Shown here: piece by piece, positions 38,311 to 51,153 of the stretch
Layout of the letters: every line of letters starts with the position of its first letter
How positions within the stretch are numbered: the stretch's first letter is position 1
Assembly (NCBI RefSeq): GCF_001194135.2
Contig: NC_068984.1
Location: 145,114,866-145,178,865 of the forward strand
Length of the DNA stretch: 64,000 bases
Source: Octopus bimaculoides
Lineage: Eukaryota
Reading direction: 5' to 3'
The notes under the pieces: generated by a model
Databases searched by the model: none
What the model was told of the DNA's origin: nothing
Seen by the model: only the letters and a program-made list of their open reading frames with translations
Position numbers and translations under genes: made by a program

Positions 38311-39369
38311 TTATTTAAGTCCTCTTCACAAATGGTATTCCGTGATTCTTCCAGCTCTCTTTGGTCCTCTACACATTTCTTTGTTCTCTTGTAGTTTCTG
38401 CATCTCCATATTTCTTCAGTACATCCACATATGTTGGTCTGGGACACCTTTTCCACTGACATCCATGTCTTCATGCCTTGACTCACTTACTCCAGCTCGG
38501 CCATATTCTAATTTTTGAAACCAGTAAAAAAATTAAATAAATCAATTTTTAATCATTAATCTTGGAATGTCTGTTTATTTTTGGTTCTCATCTTTCCAAA
38601 AATAACTCCTATTTTAACACAATTCGATATCTAATAAAGTAGTTTTATGGTTCAATGCCAAGACTTAAATTATAAATAATCATCATTGAATTCTTTTAAT
38701 TCAATTCTTGTCAAAATACACCTCTGCTTGCATATTAATAAGCTGTATTAAATAAAGGCTGTTGTTGGTGTTGTTGTTATAGATGCTGTTTGACCCTTGA
38801 TTAACCTTTATTGAGGACACGTGTTTGTAGATTGAACAAAAAGTTTGAGTTTAAAAGAATGTTAAAACCTTGAGGTTTCTGTTTCACCTCTGCATTCTGG
38901 GTTCATATCCTGCTTCTTGTCACCATAAAAAAATGGCTTCTGCTGGACCCGGCAAAAATGGTGGTAGATTTAGGAAGTCCTTTAACAAGGGCTCAGTTAT
39001 TTCAACTGAATATTCTCAATATCAACAAACTAGTTGGCAGGGGACAATGCAGTAGGGCTCAAGTCCTCTATACTCAAACAACACTAATAATATAGATTTT
39101 TTTGTTCCCAATGTTTTGTTTTAAGTAGTGATGGGTCCCTTAGTAAATATCATGACTGACTGATCCCTTCCTTAATCATAACTGATGACTTCCACAACTG
39201 TCCATTTTCTAATCCATTAAAAGCCATTATTAAATAAGAACTGTGGTGGACCAAAATTAATTCTCTGTGGGAATCTATTCTTTACAAATACTTCTAACGA
39301 TTTACTGATTGAATATTCATCACCTTTCTGATCAAAAATTGGAATTTGATTGGAACATAGCACTGCATG

Positions 39370-39670
39370 TGAAGGCACATGGTCCTGTGTTTAGAGTGTT
39401 ACACTGATGACCAGAAGTTCATGGTTTCAATTCTCAAACCAAGCAGTGTGTTGCATTCTTAAACAAGGCACTCCATTTTGCATTGCTCCAGTCCTCTCAA
39501 CAGAAAATAACTAGCAGCAGCAGCTAGGGGAAGGGAAGGGCCAGCCCTACAATGGACTGGCATCCCATTCATATGGGGAGAGGGATGGGGGCTGAATATT
39601 GTAAACTGTCAGTTACCAATACACCATGGAAATGGAGATTGGTTTTAGCCTAATGAACCTATAGGCTCAT
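39370..39670 (+). mobile_element. tRNA-headed SINE (third family)
   Basis: Head AGGCACATGG...GGTTTCAATTC; related copies at about 30025-30290(+), 54730-54920(+), 63740-63927(-). Confidence 0.5.
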
Positions 39671-40880
39671 GACAGACTTATTTACCTGGTTTTACCTGTG
39701 TGACTGTATTGGTTCTATGGTGTATTCAGAGAATAATTTAAGAACCAAAGATATTGGTAACTCCAGTCAATCAAAATGGATCCCAGACAAGTCTCAGAAG
39801 AATACTAAATATATTCTTCTGAATATCTTTTGAACTCTTCTGAGAAATTCAAATAGTTGCAAAATTGTCATGGAACATCACTACCAATTGCTTTGACTAT
39901 TTTATGCCAGTCAGACTGTTGCTAACACCCAAGACTCGTGGGGAAGGCATCATTGTCATTACTTCTTACTTTCTCTACTGCTATAAATCTGAGTTGTATA
40001 AACTGTACATTTACAAGTACACCATTGAAGATTTCCTGTTTGTTGTTAACCCTCGGACAGCTGAGCATTTTGCTCAGCATGTTAACAATTCTGTTAGCTC
40101 CCTGCCTTAGCAATGAAACTAATATTAAATCACTGTTTTGGTCTTAAAGATTAAATCATTTTTATATGGGATCCTTGAGACTTTGTCAGTGGACAGTTTC
40201 TAATTTGAATGCTGGGAGTGGATTTTACACACATCTGCTTTGCATGATCACTCATCCTACCAGAAATAGCAGTTAAACATTCCTCAAATTTCACCTATGT
40301 TCTTAAAAAGAAGTAAAGACACATTAGATCATGTTGTGGTATGAAACCGTGGGTTGCTCTACCAACCCTTAGCAATTAATTGTAACTGATAGCAATGCAT
40401 CTTTGCCTGTAAATCCTGTAGACGCATTCTTGCTAGAATTTCCTTGCTAACTTTCCCAGCTCTGGGTAATAATTAAATAATTGTTCTCTATTCGCTGTAT
40501 TTCTTCTGGTTGTCTTTGAGAGATGACAGAGCAATATTTACGAAGAGGAAGTCAATCTTTTCTACTTTATAAGTTTCAAAGAATGAAAGTTTTGTTCTGA
40601 TATCTCTCTATGTTTGTGTCTGTCCCCTCACCACCACCACCACTTGACAACCAGTGTTGGTTTGTTTACATCCCCCTGTAACTTATAGGTTCAGCAAAAG
40701 GGATTAACAGAATAAGTACCAGACTTTAGAAAATAAGTACTGAGGTCAATCTGTTTCATTAAACTCTTCAAGGCAGTACTCCAGCATGACCGTAGTCCAC
40801 TGATGGCTGAAGCAAGTAAAGAGTAAATAAATAAGTTTGGTGTGGGTTGGGAAGGGGAGAAAATTCAGAGAAGAAAAATA

Positions 40881-41414
40881 TAATGCCATTTTGTTTAAGA
40901 CAGGTATAATTACCAACACAGGAACATGTATCATACATCAAAATGAAGCTGGTCTTCTGTGGATCACATCCCTACTTCTCAACATAGACACCGTTTCTCT
41001 CGATAGCAATGTTCCACCTTCGAATGAGAGCATGTATCCCTGCCCTGTAAAATTCTGTTGACTGTTCTTTGAGCCACTTCTTCACTATAGTTTTCACTTT
41101 CTTGTCACTGGAATAATGTTTGTCTCTCAAACCCTCTTTCGTGGGGCCAAAGAGAAGATAGTCCAGTGACGAGGAAGTGAAAAACTGTAGTGAAGAAGTG
41201 GCTCAAAGAACAGTCAACAGAATTTTACGGGGCAGGGATACATGCTCTCATTCGAAGGTGGAACATTGCTATCAAGAGAAACGGTGACTATGTTGAGAAG
41301 TAGGGATGTGATCCACAGAGGACCAGCTTCATTTCGATGTATGATACATGTCTCTGTGTTGGTAATTATACCTGTCCTAAACAAAATGGCATTAGTTTTT
41401 GACTCACCCTCGTA
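40881..41414. mobile_element. Palindromic mariner derivative (two 3' ends back to back)
   Basis: Arms of about 230 bp; the right arm encodes ...VKKWLKEQSTEFYGAGIHALIRRWNIAIKRNGDYVEK* and ends ...GACTCACCCTCG|TA; the left arm is its reverse complement. Confidence 0.85.
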
Positions 41415-43429
41415 TATATTGTGCGTATGTGTTTACATATATGCTTATATCCATTAATTCAAAACTCTACCTTTATTTCGTGGGTACCCTAAGCTTTCTG
41501 TTTCTATCATATTCATTGTGCACCTGAAAACTTCCAATTTCATGGGAGCCGGGGCTTTTTCTACTGTTCCTACAACCAAATACATGTATATGTATGCACG
41601 CACGCACAGACACACGCACACACACACACACACACACGCACACATACACATGCATAGTTACCTACCTATAAATGTTCTGGTTCTGACATCCACTTTTCCA
41701 AGCTTGCATGAATCAGATGGATCTTGTTGAGGCAGATTTTCTACAGGTGGATGCCTTTCCTGTTCATAACCCTCACCTATTTCCTAACAAGGCAATGCTT
41801 CTCCATGGACAGACATACAGGAAGAACAGAGAGCAACTGACATCACTTTGTATGGTGACATTCATGTACAATTGTCATGCAGTAATATCAAGACATGCAT
41901 GAATACACACATGCATATGTTCACACACACACACATGATGAGTTTCTAACAGTTTCTGTGTCTGAAATCACTTTACAAGGATTTAGGGCTGTGGCTAGAG
42001 TAGAAGACACTTGACCTGTGTTTAGGAAGCATGTTTCTTACAGTGTGTGTGTGTGTGTGTGTGTTTGGTTAAGAATGTTGTTGCATAGCACTTTGAGGAA
42101 ATGTTTACTAGTATAGCACCAGGCTGACTACTAAAGTGTTGTGAGTAGAATTGGTAGACAATAGCTGAAATTAGCATGCATTGTGTGTGTGTGTGTGTGC
42201 ATATTTATATATATTAATTGAAGTGTGCAGAATTATATATCCATTATAGTCAATCCTTCCAATCAGTTTCACACTGGGGTCCAACAGGATGTTAGATAAC
42301 AGCCCAATTATGTAATCCCACACTCTTCAGAGAAAGCAGTTATGGAAGAAACTATGGTGACTGCTCTCTATTGTTGGAGACAGTATATGTATATGTATGT
42401 ATCTATGTGTGTGTGTGTACATATATCTGTATGTGTGCATACACACACACTCAGATTGACAGACAGATATATTCTTATGTTTTTGATTGTGTACGTATTA
42501 TTTTTGCATTTATATTTATTTACATATGCACACACACACATGTGCACACACACAGACACACACACACATATGCACACATACATACATGAGTAGAATGTTT
42601 ATGTGTGTATGCACACACACACATATTTTTGTATTTATTTTTGCCAGTTGAATTCAAAAATCTTTACAACTAATCCACCCTGGTTATATGACAATGACCC
42701 AATCATTATGACAGCTATATCTTCTTTTACTGTTTTACTACAGTATCAGCCATATTTTAGTAATAAAAACTGTTTTTTCTTTGACTCCTTAATCTATATT
42801 TTTCCAGAATATACCATCCATGCCTTTTCTATTTCTCCACAATGGTTTTTTTTTTTTTTGCTTACTACATTTTTGTTATTCGTACATCTATTTTGCAATC
42901 ATTGTACAAGAACTTTTTACAGGTCAGCAGGTCAGGAATTAGACCAATCAGAGCCATTATTACTGTTCCATTATCTGGGATGGTGCTGATACTGGACACA
43001 GAGACATCTTAGACTGTTTGTCACTTCAACTGTAGCTTCTACTGGTCGGTCTTGTGTTCTCTCTAACTAATCCCCGTCTAACTTGCTAGATTTTTCACTT
43101 CTCATCATCCATATCATATCCTACCCACTGTCCCTGTAGCCACTATGCCATTCCTTCTTTCCCTTGAATATCATCCCTCTGGAATTCTCTCCCTGGTCAT
43201 ATTTTTTCCAGCAGTCATTGACTTATATCTGTTCAAGACAAAAAACAAAACAAAAAGAAAACCCTCCTCAAACACGTCGATCTCGTTGGCCTGGAGTGCA
43301 GGAGGACCCTGCAAACGTTTCGGTGCAGCCCCTCACCTTCAGACCAAACCATTAAATGCTGTTATATTCAATGGTACAAGAATTCATGTAGAATGGTGCA
43401 GAAGAAAGACACAAGCATTTACAATAGTT

Positions 43430-44620
43430 GTAACACAGCTGTAACATTGATGTAACGCAGTTGTATCATTGATGTAAAACTGACACAACACAGTTGTGAC
43501 AATAATATAACATTGATCTAACATATTTGTAACATTGATGTCACACAGTTTTAACAATACTGTAATTCAGTCATAATCTTGATGTAACATTACTATAACA
43601 CAGTTGTAACACAATCCTTAACACCAGTGTGACACGTCAATAAAGCTATCATCACCATACAGTTGTGATATAGGGTAACACAACTGCAATTTAGTTGTTA
43701 CACCATCATAACACCCCTGTAACACACTATGTGACACTGTTATTATGGTGGTGACATAATACATTGTAACACTGATATAACACTGCAGTATTTCAGTTGG
43801 AACTGAATACTGTAACAAAACTGTAACATTTATACAGCTCATTCAATAAACATTTGTAACACTACTTGAGCACATATAATATAAATGTAACAGTTTTAAA
43901 ATTACTGTAACACATTTGTAACACTACTGTCCCACATTAGGTATCTCTAATTCTGCTTCAAATACTTAAAAAAAAATTCTGTTATATTTGTAACATAACT
44001 GTTGTCAAATTGAAAAAAATTGCTATCACATCAATGAAACAGTTGTAAAACTATTATTATTATTACAATGTTACAGTTAGATCAACTGTAACAATATTAT
44101 TGTAACACATTTATAAATCTACTGTAACATTACTCAAACATTGCTGTAACGATACTGTAATAATACTGCTACATAATGTGACACAGTTTTAAAAAAAATC
44201 ACTGAAATATAGTAACACTGCATCAATTTTACTGTAACACAGTTTACTGTAACACACTGTAACATTGCTTCAACATAGTAACAATAACGTAACGGTCATC
44301 ACAATTCTTCTGTACCTCAGTTGTAACAATGCCACAATGCTACTGTAACACACTTTAATAATAATGTTACAATGTAACAATGATATATTGCTATTCAATA
44401 ATAATGTAACATGGTTTAATACAGCTGTTACAATTTTGTAACATAGACTTATAAGATTGTTACAATTTGTAACACGTCAATAAATCTGTTACAATTTTGT
44501 AACACTTTAAGAAGAATGTAACTCTTACAGTATATCAATACTGTACCAATAATATTGTAATACAATTATATGACTACTGTGTCACACGGGTGTTACACTG
44601 GTGTAACACAGCAGTTATTG
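43430..44620. repeat. Degenerate short-period satellite built on TGTAACA / TGTTACA
   Basis: Dozens of (C/T)TGTAACA(C/T/A) motifs at roughly 10-11-bp spacing over about 1.2 kb. Confidence 0.85.
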
Positions 44621-45025
44621 TGTCCACCTTTACAAGAAAAAACTTATATAAACATTTATCATCAATCTCTCTTGACTTGTTTTTATTTATTCTTTCACAT
44701 TCATTCACTTGTTGTTGTTGTACTTATTGACATTCATGTTGTTGTTGCTGTTATTGTTTCTAAGAGAGGTGGAGGTAGTAGTGGTGGTGTTTGACCCTGA
44801 GTAAGCAGACTTATAATCAAAGACATTCCAGTCATAGCCTTACATTTTTTCTTTAAATCAAGCCATCTTTTCATTCTTAAGACAACAGGGTGTAATTTGA
44901 GTGAAAATTGGCTATTATTTCTAGCAGCTCAGAGGATCACATAGAGGCACCTTTGTGTTAAGCACAGAAGTAGGAGAGTTGATGAAAGGTTGAAGTGAAA
45001 GTGAGGTGCTGGTGTTTTACCAATG

Positions 45026-45079
<54 letters not shown>

Positions 45080-46112
45080 GTATGTATATGTAAATACGAC
45101 GGGCTTCGTTCAGTTTCCATCTACCAAATCCACTTACAAGGCTTTGGTCGGCCCGAGGCTATAGTAGAATGCACTTGTCCAAGGTGGTCATCACTGTTAC
45201 TGCTGACAGCAGCATCATAGTGGTAGCAGAAGCAGTGGTGATGGGTGTGTTGTAGGTGTTAATAATAGTTATGGGGGNNNNNNNNNNNNNNNNNNNNNNN
45301 NNNNNNNNNNNNNGGGGGGGGGGGTAGAGGTCAGTGATTGTAGTGGTTGTGGCTGTAGCAATGGTTGTAGTAGTAATAATGGTTGCAGAGGCCGTGGTGA
45401 TGATGTAGGTAGTGGCAGTAGTAGTAGTAGTAATAGCTGGTGTTGTTAGTGGTGGTAACAATGGTGGTGTCTGTGGTAATGGTGGCAATGACAATAGTGG
45501 CAGTAGTGGTGGAGGTGGTGGTAGTGATGCTGGTGGTAGCAGCGACCATGGTGCTGGTGGTGGCAGTGACAGTGGTGGTGGTGGTGGTGGTGGTGGTGGT
45601 GGCAGTGACAGTGTTATTAGGAAGTTTGATAAATTGTGTTTTTATATATTTTATTTCGTCGTTGTTTCTATTGTTGCTGAAGTTGTTGTTGCTGTTTGAT
45701 ATCTGTCTGTGTGTCCTACAGCAGTATTGGCAATCTGTTCTGTCTGGTATTGTTCCACCATTCCTCCGCAGCAGTGTCTTATCTCTGAAATAAGAAGACA
45801 ACCCCTTCTCAAATGGCTGCAAGTGGAGACAGTTTCTTCAAATCCATTTCTTCTTCCATCTTCTCCGCTTCTCTGTTTATTATCATTGACAAGCTAGCAG
45901 AATCATTACCATGCTGGATAAAATGCTTAGCAACATTTCTTCTAACTTTATGTTCTGAGTTCAAATGGCACCGGGGTCGACTTTGCATTTCATCCTTTCA
46001 GGGTCGATAAAATAAAGTACCAGTTAAGTGGTGGAGTCAATATAACTGACTATCCCCATGCCTGCAAAATTACTGACCTTGTGTCACAATTTGAAACCAT
46101 ACTATTATCATT

Positions 46113-46790
46113 GCCTTTGCACAGCTTCTAACACTGGAGATGTACGACAGTGTCAGCTGTTCACTACCAGTGAACTAAGGTAACACCTCTTATTTTTCGA
46201 GCACCTTCCGGAGTATTCGAGCAGTTCCAAGCAGTGCTGTTTTCTGCAAGTGCTCCACCCTTGTTACAGCCCCTATTTCTTCCATGTACTTTTCAAGATT
46301 TTTGCTCACTGTTTCCAGGGCTCCGACAATTATTGGTACTACTGCTACCTTTTTCATCGACCACAACTGCTTAACTTCCCAAGCTAACCTGTCATATCTA
46401 TCGACTTTTCTTTCTTCCTTATCACATACCTTGTTGTCAGCTGGGCATGCTATATCTATGATCCAGCATAGTTTGTTTTCTTTCTCAATTAAGACTATGT
46501 CTGGCTTCCTATTCTCTATCTCATGGTCACACTGAATCATAAAATCCCATAGGATCTTCGCATTTCTATTTTTGATGATGCCTTCAGGTTTGTGGTCATA
46601 CCAATTTTTTGCTCTGTCAAGTCCAAACTTGTTGCAAAGTGTCCAATGGACAAACCTGGCCATATTGTTGTAGCATCACTTATATTCCTTCTAGGCTAGT
46701 GACATTCATTGGCTGGTAATATACCATACGCTTTCACCATTTTGTCCAAAGATTCTGCACTTATCACTTTCTGATGCATTGTCTATTCTA
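46113..46790 (-). mobile_element. Dong/R4-like REL LINE, 3' fragment (CCHC remnant + REL)
   Basis: ORF 46190-46663 KILWDFMIQCDHEIENRKPDIVLIEK...IIDIACPAD...KEERKVDRY...QKTALLGTARILRKVLEK (PD..D..K endonuclease signature). Confidence 0.88.
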
Positions 46791-46792
46791 CT

Positions 46793-46862
<70 letters not shown>

Positions 46863-47439
46863 CTTCGTAACACAGTGTAAGTAAAAATGTACCAGAGTCT
46901 TTAGTCATCCGTCAAGTCACAACAAGGACCTCAGACAGATGATACAAGCTGTTACAGTACTGGGTCCTTATTTCTGTGTACCCATTCTCCCTCATAAGAC
47001 GAGGGTTGACATGAGCCAATGGTAAAAGACACTTGTTCAAGATGCTGTGCAATGAGATTGAACCCAGGGCCTCATGATTGTGAGGCAATATTCTCAAATA
47101 TTTGGCCATGATGTATCCACATTTATTTATTGTATTTATGCAAAGAATAAATACGTTTTAATCAGATTTTATTTGAAGGATGAGAGTTGGGTGGAAGAAA
47201 TGTCAATCAGTTTTAGTAGAAGAAGAGTGAGGAAGAAGAAATGGTAAGAATGAAGGAAGATTAATTTGAAGATGGCAAGGAACCTGTCCAGCCTATAGGA
47301 GCATAGAAAAACAGATGCAACATGATGATGGTGGTAAGTGATGATAGTTGTGGTGGTGGTGGAGCTGAGGGTGATGGTGACCATGATTAAGAAGATGATG
47401 TCAACAACAATGGTGGTGAAGTTAGGAGGTTGTTGTTGT

Positions 47440-47487
<48 letters not shown>

Positions 47488-48446
47488 GGGGGTGGTGGAG
47501 GAGGAGGAGGAGGAGGAGGAAAACAACAATGATGACAATTGTGATGAAGGCAATGATGCTGATATCATTCATTTGTCCTCATCCAAACTAAATTCTCTCT
47601 GGAGGTGTAGAGTTAACAATTAATGTATGGGAAAGATTAAGTCATTTCCCCCAATCCACTCCACTCCACTCCACTCCACCAAGGTTGTAGGAAATAATTA
47701 AACTCTCTCCATCACAAAAACATGTCTAAATTACTTTAAAACAATTTTGCTGTAGGTGCCACATATAAAGCACCCAACACACTCTGTAAAGTGGCTGGCT
47801 TTAGGAAGGGCATCCAGCCATAGAAACCATGCCAAAAGCAGACAATTGGAGCCTGGTGCTGCCTTCTGGCTTGCCAGCTCCTCTCAAACCATCCAACCCA
47901 TGCCAGCCAGCATGGAAAGCAGACATTAAACGATGATGATGATGTAAATAGACCCAGCATGATGCTGATGGAACCCGTTATTGGAATTCAACAATTCTTT
48001 CCCTGTCAACTCTTTTTCCTGCAAATGTTCACACTGGTCATCGGACATACCAATCTTAGCATCTGAAAGTGGGATCTGTAAGCAGAGCCAGATTTAGGTA
48101 TGAGCAAAACAAGCAAGAAATTAAAGCCACAAAGTTCTCAACATTGTCTTCATTGTTTAACATCCTCTTTTCATGCTGGCATGGGTGGGACAGTTTGCCA
48201 GGGGTTGGCCAGGCAGAAGCCTGCACCAGACTTCTGTGACTGTTTTGGCAGGATTTTTACAGCTGGATGCCCTTCCTAACATCAACCACTTGGCAGAGTG
48301 GACTTAGTGCAAAAATTCCAGTTTTGTGCGCCACTCCTTAGTGTAACACAGAATACGTGTGTGTGTGTGTGTGTGTCCTTCACAATCACTTGGTTCCAAG
48401 TTTGATCCCATTCAAAGGTACTTTTGGCAACTGTTCTCTGACAACT

Positions 48447-48713
48447 GTTAATCTTAATCAAGATGAACTGAAGGCAAGGATTATGGCAGCATTAAACAAC
48501 TTAAACAAGGAGACCGTCCAGAAGAGTTGCAGGAGATTCTGAAGCCATCTGGGGACTGTGCTTGAAAACAAGGCCGATTTTATTGAATAAATTTACTCTT
48601 TAGTATTTCAAGATATTTTTATGTAATTTTGGTAAATATATCTGTTAAAATGAGATGTCAGTGTTATTTTCATTTTCGCGTAATTTAGACGATAGTTTAT
48701 TCACCACACCCTG
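48447..48713 (+). mobile_element. Tc1/maT-like transposon 3' end
   Basis: DELKARIMAALNNLNKETVQKSCRRF...FIE*, terminus ...CACACCCTG|TA. Confidence 0.6.
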
Positions 48714-49034
48714 TACATACATATATATACATACATACACACATACACTCACAGAGAAAGAAAGAGAGAGACAGAGAGACAGAGTGGGAGAGAGAGATGT
48801 ACATACACACACATATATACACATGTATACACACACATGATATAAATATTTACAGCAAACAAAAGCTGCATTGATAAACACTAGTCAAGCTATAAATAAC
48901 TTTATTGATAAAAGATATATTGATAAATTCCATTCAATGTTACAGATAAAAAAAAAACACCTCTAATGATTGGCTGGGGATATTATAAATCTGTCAATAG
49001 ACAGAGATGTATGTCTGAAATTGTAGTATTAATA

Positions 49035-49314
49035 GGTGATATTTATCCCCACTTAAATGTAGATACTGCGTTAGAACAGAGAATATTGTAATAGATATCA
49101 TGAGAGGACCTCTTATAAGGACTTTCTGGTGCATATGAGCACACCTGTTTATATTGCTAGTGGGAGATCAATTACCTGTCATCCTCCCACTTGTGATATA
49201 AACAGGAGTGTTTATATGCACCAAAAGCACATATAAGGGGTCCTCTCGTGATATCTATCACAGTATTCTCTGTTCTAAAACAACATCCACTTTTAAATGG
49301 GGATAAATATTACC
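49035..49314. mobile_element. Foldback element (about 125-130-bp imperfect arms)
   Basis: GGTGATATTTATCCCC...GTGGGAG / CTCCCAC...GGGGATAAATATTACC. Confidence 0.7.
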
Positions 49315-49403
49315 TTTTGGTATTAATACTGCTTCTATCACTATTACTTATACATATACATATTCGATAAAAACAAATAACAAAGCTGTTATCTGTTTTC
49401 GTC

Positions 49404-49435
<32 letters not shown>

Positions 49436-49581
49436 GCTAATACAAGAACCCACACTAAACTCCTCAATCGTATCATGATTGAACCAAGAGTTTAACTATG
49501 GTCTGTCCTTAGCACTTACTTAGCATTACCTGCCACTCTTTGGGTCTCCTGGATACCAATACCGTTTATACATATATACAC

Positions 49582-49768
49582 ATGATGCTTGAGATACAAA
49601 TAATTACAGAGGTATCAAGTTATTGGATCAGGTAATGAAGGTCACGGAGACGGTCATAGCCCAACTAATTAGGGAGAGAGTCAGTTTAGATGAGATGTAG
49701 TTTGGATTCATGCCAGGGAAAAGCATTACTGATGCTATATTTCTGCTAAGACAGCTGCAGGAGAAGAA
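49582..49768 (+). mobile_element. RTE LINE RT fragment
   Basis: NNYRGIKLLDQVMKV...FGFMPGKSITDAIFLLRQLQEK. Confidence 0.75.
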
Positions 49769-50335
49769 GCGATGAACAAATTTCATATCTGCGCATTTTC
49801 TGATTTTCATTCAAATCGTATGGTACACATTTGTCAAGCTTTTCTGATTATTCAATCGCATGCAATTGGTTGCAGGCAGTTTTTTGGCTAACTTGAAATC
49901 CTTTCGCCAGTTCTCAAGTGGTTTTACATAGACCTTTCTCAATGACAGTCTTTAATTGACCGTCATTGATGACAGATGGCCATCCACTCAGGTCTCCACT
50001 GCGAAATCATTTAAACCATTTTTGAGTTGACCACTCACTGGTCATTTCCTCACCAAATGTTTCATTGATATTGTGAGTAGTTTCAGCTGCTTTACGTCCC
50101 TTTTTGAAGTTGAATAGCAAAATTGCTCGAATATCAGGCTTTGACAGTTCCATTTCAAATGGTTGTAACAATGGTGAAAAAAATATCAATGTTAATTTAT
50201 TGATCCATTTGGGCAAGTCTATGTCTGTATTATCAGAAAATTGCAAAAAAATGTTTAAAAAAAAATTTGACTCTTCAAAAATCTGGTACAAATTCTTCAT
50301 GTTCAAAACATTGCTTACTTTTTACACAACCTGAT
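49767..50335 (-). mobile_element. Mariner transposon 5' fragment (TIR + HTH region)
   Basis: TA|TCAGGTTGTG terminus; MELSKPDIRAILLFNFKKGRKAAETTHNINETFG...CVPYDLNENQKMRRYEICSSLL. Confidence 0.8.
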
Positions 50336-50972
50336 AGAAAGAGAGATAGATAAATAGACAGATGGATGGATGGATGGATGGATGGATGGATAGATAGATA
50401 GATAGATCGATAGATAGACAGAAAGATAGAGAGATGGATATAGACGTATATGTACATATATGATGGGCTTCTTTTAGTTACTATCAACAAAATTCACCTG
50501 GGGCTATAGTAGGAGACATTTGCTCAAGGTGCCACACATTGGGACTGAACCTAGACTCATGTGGTTGGGGAGCAAACTGTCTACCACTTGCCTGTCAAAA
50601 ATTGTGAGAAAAATCTTATTAAAATTCATGTAGTTTATTTCACCATAATTGAATTGTCTCTTCTCTACATCAACATCATCATCACCACCGGCATCGTCCT
50701 TATCATCATCTAGATCATCATTATCTTTTCCACCACCACCGCCACTGCCATATTTATCATGTCTAATTAAAGATGATGGTTTTATATTCCATTGTCTGTA
50801 CAGAATCTGTCTCTACTGGGATTGAGGAATCTTTCTATTAATGTTGGCACTACCCCAACCACCACCACCACCACCACCACCACCATCACCATTACCATAG
50901 CCATTAACAAACTGTTCTTCGCACAATAACACCAACACTACTGCCAATGACACCATGACCACCACCACCACC

Positions 50973-51004
<32 letters not shown>

Positions 51005-51153
51005 CAACAAACACAACAACAACGAAGGCAATAACAAGAACAGCAGCAATAATGGTAACAATAACGACAATAATAGTTGAAACAACAACAGCAACAAAAA
51101 CAACATCACCAACTACTACTACTACTACTACTACTACTAATAATAATAATAAT

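Noticed and set aside
38330-40115. Possible minus-strand exons (38330-38500; 39965-40105 with a GTAAGA donor)
   Set aside because: Short, unrecognisable peptides with no joinable partner exons; needs RNA-seq.
42920-43230. Strong minus-strand acceptor (TTTTTTGTCTTGAACAG) followed by purine-rich sequence
   Set aside because: All three frames hit stops quickly; at most a non-coding or terminal exon, unsupported.
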